Shown here piece by piece: positions 57,101 through 64,000 of a DNA stretch of 64,000 nucleotides. The stretch's first letter is position 1; each line of letters starts with the position of its first letter. Made by a program: the position numbers and the translations under genes. A model generated the notes under the pieces. It worked only from the letters and a program-made list of their open reading frames with translations, did not search any database and was not told the DNA's origin. Source of the DNA: Candidatus Iainarchaeum sp. (GTDB lineage Archaea > Iainarchaeota > Iainarchaeia > Iainarchaeales > GCA-2688035); assembly GCA_017610175.1 (NCBI GenBank), contig JAFCCO010000003.1:21852-85851 (forward strand), given 5' to 3'.

Positions 57101-57484
57101 ATGTATTCGAACAAAGTAATGGATTTGTTCAAGCACCCAAGGAACATCGGTGAAATCAAGGATGCGGACGCAATCGGAAAAGTGGGAAACCCCATTTGCG
57201 GCGACCTAATGTGGGTCTACTTAAAAATTGAAAAGAACAAGAAAGGTGAAGAGTTCATTAAGGACATTAAGGTAAAAACGTTTGGATGCGTTGCGGCAAT
57301 AGCAACAAGCTCAGCCCTTACAGAAATAGCTAAGGGAATGACCCTTGATGAGGCTGAAAAGATTTCAAAACAGCAGGTTGCAGACTATGTTGGAGGACTG
57401 CCCCCTCCAAAGCTCCACTGCAGCGTTCTTGCCACAGACGGGCTGAAAAATGCAATAGAAGGCTATAAAAAGAAGAAACACTAA
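57101..57484 (+). CDS. iscU: Fe-S cluster scaffold IscU/NifU
   Basis: NPICGD, TFGC and LPPPKLHCS motifs. Confidence 0.95.
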   Translation: MYSNKVMDLFKHPRNIGEIKDADAIGKVGNPICGDLMWVYLKIEKNKKGEEFIKDIKVKTFGCVAAIATSSALTEIAKGMTLDEAEKISKQQVADYVGGLPPPKLHCSVLATDGLKNAIEGYKKKKH

Positions 57485-57495
57485 AATGATTCTGA

Positions 57496-57837
57496 ATGAA
57501 TTTGAAACAAGCAATAATTGTAAGAACAGACCTTGGAATGGGAAAGGGGAAGATAGCCGCACAGGCAAGCCACGCCTCTGTTTCAGTTCTCGAAAAGGTT
57601 GATTCAAAAGACATAAAGGAATGGAAATCACAGGGAATGAAAAAAATAGTCCTGAAAATTTCAGGAAAAAAGGAATTGCTTGAACTCTTTGAAAAAATGA
57701 AAAAACTTTTCCCAACAGCCCTGATTAAGGACGCAGGGCTTACACAGATAACCCCTGGAGAGCCGACATGCATTGCGATTGGCCCAGCGAACGAAATAGA
57801 GCTTGACAAATTTTTAGGTGACCTGAAGCTTCTTTAG
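57496..57837 (+). CDS. pth2: Peptidyl-tRNA hydrolase Pth2
   Basis: VRTDLGMGKGKIAAQASHA, DAGLTQ, IGP, LKLL. Confidence 0.96.
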   Translation: MNLKQAIIVRTDLGMGKGKIAAQASHASVSVLEKVDSKDIKEWKSQGMKKIVLKISGKKELLELFEKMKKLFPTALIKDAGLTQITPGEPTCIAIGPANEIELDKFLGDLKLL

Positions 57838-58556
57838 GTTTCGAAAAAATCGATTCCCATTCTTGCCAAACAATCGGTTCTGATTGTTTCGTCAACAATC
57901 TTTTCACAAATTGACTCGTACTGGTAAGCGTAAGCAACTTCTGCAAGGCAAATGTCCCGCTCAAAGTCGTGGAGCTCAAGGCACTTCTCCTCAGAACCGG
58001 CCTCGATTGCCGCACGCTTCAGGCAGGATTCCCTCCAATTGATTTGAGGTATTTTATTGCAAACGGCTTCAACCTCGCCCCAGCAAGCCTGCTCCCATCT
58101 ATCACCCCCAAAATCAAGGCAATCACTCCCATAAAACAGCTCAAGAGCGACGTCGGAGATGCACTGGTACTTAACGTTTGAATTGTCAGAACCAAAAGCG
58201 CTCTCCATCAAATCACAAACACCAGTATCCTGGCTCTCACGTGCAACTGCGGTAATGCAATTGTTCTTAATCCAAAGCTCTGAAATATCCAAACAGGGGC
58301 CAGGGTCCGCCGCCTCTATAGCGGTATTGAAACGGGCAATGTCCTTGCCGCTCTCTGTTTCCATGGCATCAACATTTCCCGCAAAAGGAACTGGATTGAG
58401 TTCACGCTCTTCCCCAGAGTCCTCCGGGAAAAACTCGTAGGGCTCGTCCTCCGCAACCTTGAGAAAATCGGGCTCCTCGTCCTGAGGCTGCTCAATACAG
58501 CCCGAAAATGCAAGCAAAATTATTAAAGCCAAAATTAATGCTGTTTTCTTTAGCAT
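57834..58556 (-). CDS. Acidic lipoprotein with Cys-repeat modules
   Basis: Lipobox LAFSGC; repeated C..I.....C...vA motif. Confidence 0.75.
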   Translation of the reverse strand: MLKKTALILALIILLAFSGCIEQPQDEEPDFLKVAEDEPYEFFPEDSGEERELNPVPFAGNVDAMETESGKDIARFNTAIEAADPGPCLDISELWIKNNCITAVARESQDTGVCDLMESAFGSDNSNVKYQCISDVALELFYGSDCLDFGGDRWEQACWGEVEAVCNKIPQINWRESCLKRAAIEAGSEEKCLELHDFERDICLAEVAYAYQYESICEKIVDETIRTDCLARMGIDFFET

Positions 58557-58612
58557 AAGCATCATTAATAATAATGAAAGGAGATATTTAATAATTGGCA
58601 TTGGTGGTTTTT

Positions 58613-59368
58613 ATGGGAAAAGGATTTACCGCAAGAGTAAAACGGGTTATAAGCGAGGCAGACATAATTCTCGAGGTTGTTGACTCAAGATTCCCGCAGG
58701 AAACAAGAAATCACTGGATGGAACAGACAATTGTGGAAAAGAAGAAAAAGCTGATAATAATTGCAAACAAAGCAGACCTTGTCAGCGTTGAAAAAGTCAG
58801 GCGCGTAAAGCGAAAACTTGCAAAGGAATTTCCCTGCGTTTTTGTAAGCGCAAAGGAAAGGTTTGGAAAGAAAAAACTGCTTGAGGAAATAGGAAAGGCC
58901 TCGCATAAAAAAGAAATCAAAATAGGGATAATCGGATACCCGAACACGGGAAAAAGCAGCATAACAAACATGCTCCGCGGCAAAAAGGTTGCAAAGACAA
59001 GCAGGAAAGCGGGCTTTACAAGAGGGGAACAGCTAATCAGGATAAATGCAAAGACAACACTAATTGACACCCCAGGGGTTATCCCCGCAGACGAAAGCGA
59101 CGAATTCTCCCTCTTTCTCGTGGGGTCAAAAAATCCGCAGGACCTAAGCGACCACGAACTCATCGCATTAAAGTTGATTGAATTTCTTGCAAGAGAAAGC
59201 CCTGGCGCGCTTGAGAAAAGATACGGGGTCGAACTCCCTGCAGAGCCCGAAAACGTGCTTGAGCAAATTGCTGTAAACAGGAAAAAGCTTGCAAAAGGCG
59301 GCACCCCAAACCTGAATTCTGCGGCAAGGCTTATTCTGGAAGACTGGGGAAGAAATAAAATACGGTAA
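58613..59368 (+). CDS. YlqF/RbgA family circularly permuted GTPase
   Basis: G4 NKAD precedes G1 GYPNTGKS and G3 DTPG. Confidence 0.92.
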   Translation: MGKGFTARVKRVISEADIILEVVDSRFPQETRNHWMEQTIVEKKKKLIIIANKADLVSVEKVRRVKRKLAKEFPCVFVSAKERFGKKKLLEEIGKASHKKEIKIGIIGYPNTGKSSITNMLRGKKVAKTSRKAGFTRGEQLIRINAKTTLIDTPGVIPADESDEFSLFLVGSKNPQDLSDHELIALKLIEFLARESPGALEKRYGVELPAEPENVLEQIAVNRKKLAKGGTPNLNSAARLILEDWGRNKIR

Positions 59369-59374
59369 AAAAAA

Positions 59375-59518
59375 TCAGATAACCTTTCTTTCAGTGAGCG
59401 TCTTGTATTCGTTAAGTGAATCCCTCGCCCTTTCAAGCAGCACACGATTTCGAATGCTCTTGCAATCCTTAATAAGGCGGTTCAGTTCCGCAACCAAATC
59501 CTCTACAAGAATTCTCAT
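59375..59518 (-). CDS. Small hypothetical protein (47 aa; absent from ORF track)
   Basis: Manual translation MRILVEDLVAELNRLIKDCKSIRNRVLLERARDSLNEYKTLTERKVI*; fills the gap downstream of hjc. Confidence 0.5.
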   Translation of the reverse strand: MRILVEDLVAELNRLIKDCKSIRNRVLLERARDSLNEYKTLTERKVI

Positions 59519-59548
59519 AAAATAATTCCACTCAAAACTGTTTAAAAA

Positions 59549-59935
59549 TCAGCCGATTACCTGCTCCAAAGAAAGTCCATTCTTCATTGCATTTGTCTGG
59601 TTTATTGTGAAAAATTTGCCTGTATTGCGCATTTGCTTAGGTTTTAAGAAAAACCAGCCCTTTCGCGGAATCTTCCAGCCAATAAGGGACTCTGCCCCTG
59701 CTTTTTCCACCCACTCAAGAAGCTCCCCAATCTGGCCCACAGAAATTGCAAGATTCTTTGCCTTCCTTGCCTTGCACTCAACAGCAATAATCCTTCCAGC
59801 CTTAATTGCAATAATGTCCGGGGCAGGCAAAGGGCTTGTTCCTGACCCCGCTATGCGCACAACAGAGAAACCGTGGCCAAAAAACAGGTGCATCAGCTCC
59901 CTTTCGGCATTTGCACCCTTGCTGTGGTAAACCAT
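59549..59935 (-). CDS. hjc: Holliday junction resolvase Hjc
   Basis: KGANAEREL, VVRIAGSG, PDIIA and VECK motifs. Confidence 0.95.
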   Translation of the reverse strand: MVYHSKGANAERELMHLFFGHGFSVVRIAGSGTSPLPAPDIIAIKAGRIIAVECKARKAKNLAISVGQIGELLEWVEKAGAESLIGWKIPRKGWFFLKPKQMRNTGKFFTINQTNAMKNGLSLEQVIG

Positions 59936-60090
59936 ACCAGTAAAATGCAGTAAGTGCATAAAATACTTTGCAGAAGCAGAAAAACAAAAAATGAAAAACC
60001 CAGCCTTTTTAATGGGTTGCTATACATAATTGTTTTAGAATTAGGGTTAATAACTCAAAAAGTTTGTTTTACCCCAATTAGGGTTTTTAT

Positions 60091-60390
60091 TTGCAAAATC
60101 AGCAAAAATTTATTTTAAAGCTCAAGATTTCGCCAAACTCCGCGTTTTTTAGGCTCGCAGGGTTTGACCAGGGCGAAACCGAACTTCGAATAAAAGTTCG
60201 CGCCCCAGCCCACAAGGGAAAGGCAAACAAGGAAATTATCAAAGAATTAAAAAAAATTTTTAATTCCGAAATTGAGATCATCCGCGGAGAAAAAAGCCGC
60301 GAAAAAATAGTGCTTGTGAACACAAGCCGTGAAAAAGCGCTTGACGCAATAAGAAAAGCGCAAGAAACCCCCCTAATTCTACAAAAATAA
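60091..60390 (+). CDS. DUF167 (YggU/UPF0235) protein
   Basis: APAHKGKANKEII..IIRGEKSREK. Confidence 0.88.
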   Translation: MQNQQKFILKLKISPNSAFFRLAGFDQGETELRIKVRAPAHKGKANKEIIKELKKIFNSEIEIIRGEKSREKIVLVNTSREKALDAIRKAQETPLILQK

Positions 60391-60446
60391 AAAAAAGGCC
60401 TTTTGAAAAAAAAAAGAAAAGGCCAAAACCAAAAGGAGATTTTAAA

Positions 60447-61859
60447 ATGGCAAAGATATATGTCAACACAGTCAAATACCAGATTACCGCAGAATTTGAA
60501 ATCAGCGGAATCGTTGAAAAACACGACATAATCGGTGCAATATTCGGACAGTCCGAGGGCTTAATTGGAGAAGACCTTGATTTAAGGGAACTTCAAAAAA
60601 GCGGAAAGATTGGAAGAATAGACGTCGAAACAGAAACACACAGTGGAAAAACCACCGGAAAGATAATTGTACCAAGCAGCATGGACACGGTAAAAACCGC
60701 ACTGCTTGCGGCATCGGTTGAAGCCGTCGACAAAGTCGGGCCATGCGACTCAACATTCAAAATAACAAAAATTGAAGACATGAGAACGCAGAAAAGGCAG
60801 GCAGTAAAGGACCGAGCAAAAGAACTGTTAAAACAGCTCACCCAAGACATGCCTGAAACAGGGGAACTCACCGAAGCAATCAGAAGCGACATAAGAACAG
60901 GTGAGCTGAAAAGCTTTGGAAAGGAAAAACTTTCATGCGGCCCAGACCTCGACAAAGAAGAAGAAGTAATTGTGGTTGAGGGAAGAGCAGACGTCATAAA
61001 CATGCTCAAGCACGGAATAAAGAACGTGATAGCAATAGACGGCGCAAACATCCCGGACAGCATCGTGGAACTGAGCAAGAAAAAGAAGCTTACCCTCTTC
61101 GTTGACGGAGACCGAGGCGGAGACTTAATTGTAAAAAAAATCATGGACCTTGCAAAAATTGAATACGTTGCAAAGGCACCCGCCGGAAAAGAAGTTGAGG
61201 AACTTATGGGAAAAGAAATTCTCATGAAGCTGCGCAAAAAGGTTCCTGCAGAAGACTTTGGAAAAAGATCAGAGTACAGGGACAGACCCCCAAGAGGAAG
61301 AAGCTTTAGAGACGAAAGGCCAAGGGGTAGAGGAATAAGAAGCGACAGAGGCACAAGAGACGAAAGGCCAACGGGAAGAAGCCCAAGGGACCGAGCCCCA
61401 AGAGAAAGAGGCACAAGAGACGAAAGGCCAAGCAGAGGGCCCAGAAGAGAATCACAATTCGGAGAAAGACCAGAACCAAGGTTCGGGGAAAGAAGGGACT
61501 CAAGAAGAGGCCCGCCACGCCCAGGACCAAGCGGGGGAAAGTATGCGGATGAAAAAAGATACTCTGCACCGGAACCAACGCAGGATTTGGGAGAATACGC
61601 ACCGCTACTTAAAGAGCTTGAAACAAGCCTCAAAGCAAGGCTCTACGGAAAAGGCATGAAAGTAGTAAAAGAAGTTGGAGTAAGGGACCTACTTTCCGAA
61701 ATGGGGAAGGCAAAAAAAGTTGAAACAGTGGTCTTTGACGGAATAGTAACAAAAAGACTGCTCGAACAGGCAGAAAAATCAGGTATAAAGACCCTTGTTG
61801 CAATAAAGAAAGGCAAGATAGAAGAATCTGACAAGGTAAAAGTATTTACCTCGGTTTAA
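60447..61859 (+). CDS. dnaG: Archaeal DnaG (exosome-associated TOPRIM protein)
   Basis: IIGAIFGQSEGLIGEDLDLRELQKSGKIGRI, VVEGRADV, DGDRGG, FDGIVTKRL. Confidence 0.96.
   Translation: MAKIYVNTVKYQITAEFEISGIVEKHDIIGAIFGQSEGLIGEDLDLRELQKSGKIGRIDVETETHSGKTTGKIIVPSSMDTVKTALLAASVEAVDKVGPCDSTFKITKIEDMRTQKRQAVKDRAKELLKQLTQDMPETGELTEAIRSDIRTGELKSFGKEKLSCGPDLDKEEEVIVVEGRADVINMLKHGIKNVIAIDGANIPDSIVELSKKKKLTLFVDGDRGGDLIVKKIMDLAKIEYVAKAPAGKEVEELMGKEILMKLRKKVPAEDFGKRSEYRDRPPRGRSFRDERPRGRGIRSDRGTRDERPTGRSPRDRAPRERGTRDERPSRGPRRESQFGERPEPRFGERRDSRRGPPRPGPSGGKYADEKRYSAPEPTQDLGEYAPLLKELETSLKARLYGKGMKVVKEVGVRDLLSEMGKAKKVETVVFDGIVTKRLLEQAEKSGIKTLVAIKKGKIEESDKVKVFTSV
61347..61431 (+). repeat. 25-nt in-frame direct repeat within the dnaG low-complexity linker
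   Basis: AGAGGCACAAGAGACGAAAGGCCAA at 61347 and 61407 (period 60 nt); partial third copy near 61308. Confidence 0.85.
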
Positions 61860-61870
61860 AAATAGAAAAT

Positions 61871-61895
61871 GGAAAGGAGCAAAATTGCTCCTTCC
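61871..61895. terminator. Hairpin between convergent genes
   Basis: AAGGAGCAA-AA-TTGCTCCTT in the 41-nt gap between dnaG and the opposing gene. Confidence 0.55.
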
Positions 61896-61900
61896 AACCT

Positions 61901-62356
61901 TTATTTCTTTTTCTTTAAAACTGCTTTAGGCTTGGCCTTTGGCTCGGGAACATCCCTAATCGTCTGCTCAATTGGGATAACAATATTTCCTGTTTTGTAG
62001 AAAACTAGCCCAAGCAAGAACACAACAGCCCAAGCAAATAGATTGGCTATAGGTCCAAGCAAAGCAAACCAAAACTGCCTTGAACTAATCCTGTCCTGAT
62101 CACCCTTCAACTGCAAACCAGTAATCTTGTAAAGCGAGTCCTTACAGTCACCATACTGCAACTGGGCAACGGTCTCGTTCTCACTTCCAATGGATGAAAT
62201 GCAGTCAGGATAACTCTTCAAAGCATCCCATGAATCAAACATCTGCGCACCGGCCCTCACAAACAAAATCAGCGCCGCAAAAAGCACAAACGCACCGATT
62301 AGTCTGGGAAGCTGCACGTCCCTACTTCCAATTCTAAAAAACATTATTCGCTTCAA
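61901..62356 (-). CDS. Two-TM membrane protein of unknown function
   Basis: Two hydrophobic helices flanking a loop with two Cys; TTG start after AGGTGA. Confidence 0.65.
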   Translation of the reverse strand: MKRIMFFRIGSRDVQLPRLIGAFVLFAALILFVRAGAQMFDSWDALKSYPDCISSIGSENETVAQLQYGDCKDSLYKITGLQLKGDQDRISSRQFWFALLGPIANLFAWAVVFLLGLVFYKTGNIVIPIEQTIRDVPEPKAKPKAVLKKKK

Positions 62357-62428
62357 TCAATCACCTGCTAGAAATTAATGATATTACTAGCGCTTTATTT
62401 GTATTTAAAGGTTGCCGTTGGAGAATAA

Positions 62429-63688
62429 TTAACTGCATTTCAAGTATTGGGCAATACCGGTTGCGTCAACACCACATTGATTCCCTGAACCAATTGAAGC
62501 AGTATACCAATCATTCTGGCACACAAGTACCCTGAAATTAGAATCGTATTCAGAGTTATCTGCATTCCTGGTTTCCAAAAAGCCGTAAATAACCTTGCCA
62601 TAACCCGCAACGGTGGTAAATCTGCAGTATCCAACAACCCCCCCAGCATCAATGTCTGAATGGAGAAGATATGCCACCATATTACCCGCACCACAATTGC
62701 TGCCCCCTGGCTTCTTGGTTGAGGTCCTCATATCAACCCAATTGCAGCTGGAAATTATGCTGCCAGACACTCCTTGCGGACCTGCTGGCCCTGTCGGTCC
62801 TGGCAGCCCCTGCAAAGTGTCAGCACAGTCCCAACCGGTATTACTTACATTTCTAGTTAAAACCTCGCCTGCAACACAACCGTCATCAGAAATCCTAACC
62901 TCGTCAGAAACTATTTCAATGCCAGATGTGGCAGCGGCCCCTGTATTCACATTCAAAGTAACAGTTCCCGAAGTGCCCCCTCCAGTAAGTCCGTTTCCGG
63001 CGGTAACACCGTCAATGTCACCGGTTCCGCCTCCCCCTGCTGAACCGTTAACAGTCCAAGCCATTAGTTTAATGAAGCCTGTTGTGCTGAAATGGTAGGC
63101 GGAAAGATACGGCCCAAAGTAAAGCCCAAACTGGAACTCAAGCTCCTTTTCATTTGGAAGATACCTAACATCTGTTTTGGAATTGTAATTTGAAAAGGTA
63201 TCACTTGGATTCATCTGCAAAATAACCGCCTTTGAGGGGTCAGTTGGGTCGGGAGTGTATTTCACAACAATAAAATCCGGCTCGTCCAGATTGAACGAGG
63301 GAAAAGTTCCTTCCCCTGTTTTGTAAATTGTGCTGCTTCCCACAGAAACCCATCCACTGTCATAAACCTCATTCATCGTTCCAGGACCTGCAACCGCCTC
63401 ATCAGCACACACCCAAGCACCTGACGGATCATTGTACTTTAGAACCTGGCCATCAACACAATCAGGAAGGGAAGTTCCAAAAAAGCCGGCATCAATAGCG
63501 GCCTGCAAAGTTGTCGGACTGCCTGCAACAGTAATGTCAATGTTTGTCCCGCCATGACTTGGCTCGCCGGCAGGAGCAAAGTTAAGGACAAGGTCCTCGG
63601 CCATTGCAAAGCCAATTGCTGTAAAAGCAAGGGCAAAAAGCAATATCGCCAGCAAACGCTTTCCATCAACTTCAATATTCAATGGCAT
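62429..63688 (-). CDS. Surface fibre-like protein with a short collagen-like segment
   Basis: N-terminal hydrophobic signal/anchor; two C..G.VL....W.CAD modules; VTAGNGLTGGG; GLPGPTGPAGPQGVSG. Confidence 0.7.
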   Translation of the reverse strand: MPLNIEVDGKRLLAILLFALAFTAIGFAMAEDLVLNFAPAGEPSHGGTNIDITVAGSPTTLQAAIDAGFFGTSLPDCVDGQVLKYNDPSGAWVCADEAVAGPGTMNEVYDSGWVSVGSSTIYKTGEGTFPSFNLDEPDFIVVKYTPDPTDPSKAVILQMNPSDTFSNYNSKTDVRYLPNEKELEFQFGLYFGPYLSAYHFSTTGFIKLMAWTVNGSAGGGGTGDIDGVTAGNGLTGGGTSGTVTLNVNTGAAATSGIEIVSDEVRISDDGCVAGEVLTRNVSNTGWDCADTLQGLPGPTGPAGPQGVSGSIISSCNWVDMRTSTKKPGGSNCGAGNMVAYLLHSDIDAGGVVGYCRFTTVAGYGKVIYGFLETRNADNSEYDSNFRVLVCQNDWYTASIGSGNQCGVDATGIAQYLKCS

Positions 63689-63747
63689 TGTGTTATTACA
63701 AAGGATGTTGCCCTTAAAATAGTTTTCCATGAAAGAATTTTCTTACC

Positions 63748-63819
63748 GGGCTCGTGGTCTAGTGGTATGACGCGACCTTTACAAGGTCGAGGTCGGCGGT
63801 TCAATTCCGCCCGGGCCCA
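63748..63819 (+). tRNA. tRNA-Val (anticodon UAC)
   Basis: GGGCTCG...CGGGCCC-A; anticodon arm CGACC-TTTACAA-GGTCG; GTTCAATTC T-loop; no intron; no encoded CCA. Confidence 0.95.
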
Positions 63820-63876
63820 CTATCTATTTCTGGCGATGGAAACAATTAAATCAAAGTTTTGCCTAATGCTATTGGA

Positions 63877-64000
63877 ATGAAAAAAAAGAAAATAGTGCTT
63901 GAAACCATTATGGAAGGGCCTGCCGGAGAGCTGATTGTAAAGCCTGTTGAATTTAAATCCAAAAGCGCGGTAAAAAGGTTTGCAAAGGCAGAAAACAAGC
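63877..64000 (+). CDS. Partial ORF running off the window end
   Basis: MKKKKIVLETIMEGPAGELIVKP... stays open to the window edge. Confidence 0.4.
   Translation, partial: MKKKKIVLETIMEGPAGELIVKPVEFKSKSAVKRFAKAENK

Noticed and set aside
63554-63880. 108-aa plus-strand ORF
   Set aside because: It spans tRNA-Val and overlaps the fibre gene in antisense.
1-64000. CRISPR array, transposase, integrase or prophage
   Set aside because: No regularly spaced repeat-spacer pattern and no recognisable cas, transposase, integrase or capsid motifs. The only long repeats lie inside pilin genes and dnaG.

Overview
A gene-dense, intact stretch of an archaeal chromosome. Archaeal markers include aCdc48, aPelota, ABCE1, class I CCA enzyme, Hjc, NurA/HerA, Rpo6, S17e, aEF-1beta and Taw3. 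Bacterial-type ThrRS, GpmI and IscS/IscU, a truncated Rqc2 and very many class III signal-peptide proteins suggest a DPANN organism, possibly Iainarchaeota/Diapherotrites (inference, no database search done). The window holds a complete type IV pilus locus (ATPase, two TadC-like proteins, EppA-like peptidase, and five tandem ~50-aa pilins, three of which the ORF track missed). About 18 class III signal-peptide genes are spread over four loci, and there is a second orphan pilus ATPase. It also holds two intron-less tRNAs (Arg-UCG, Val-UAC) plus tRNA-modification, ribosome-rescue and DNA-repair genes. No CRISPR array, transposase or prophage was seen. The most unusual signals are: (1) a wHTH + standalone CARF-like + membrane-anchored PD-(D/E)xK nuclease gene string behind elp3; (2) an intact but catalytically dead PolB homolog directly behind nurA-herA; (3) an intact but catalytically dead NrdD homolog; (4) the constant-N/variable-C mini-pilin array with a perfect 74-nt repeat; (5) an ArsR-regulated iscSU operon with a visible operator; (6) a structured intergenic element after topA. 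Several starts were moved from the ORF-track position to a more plausible codon.
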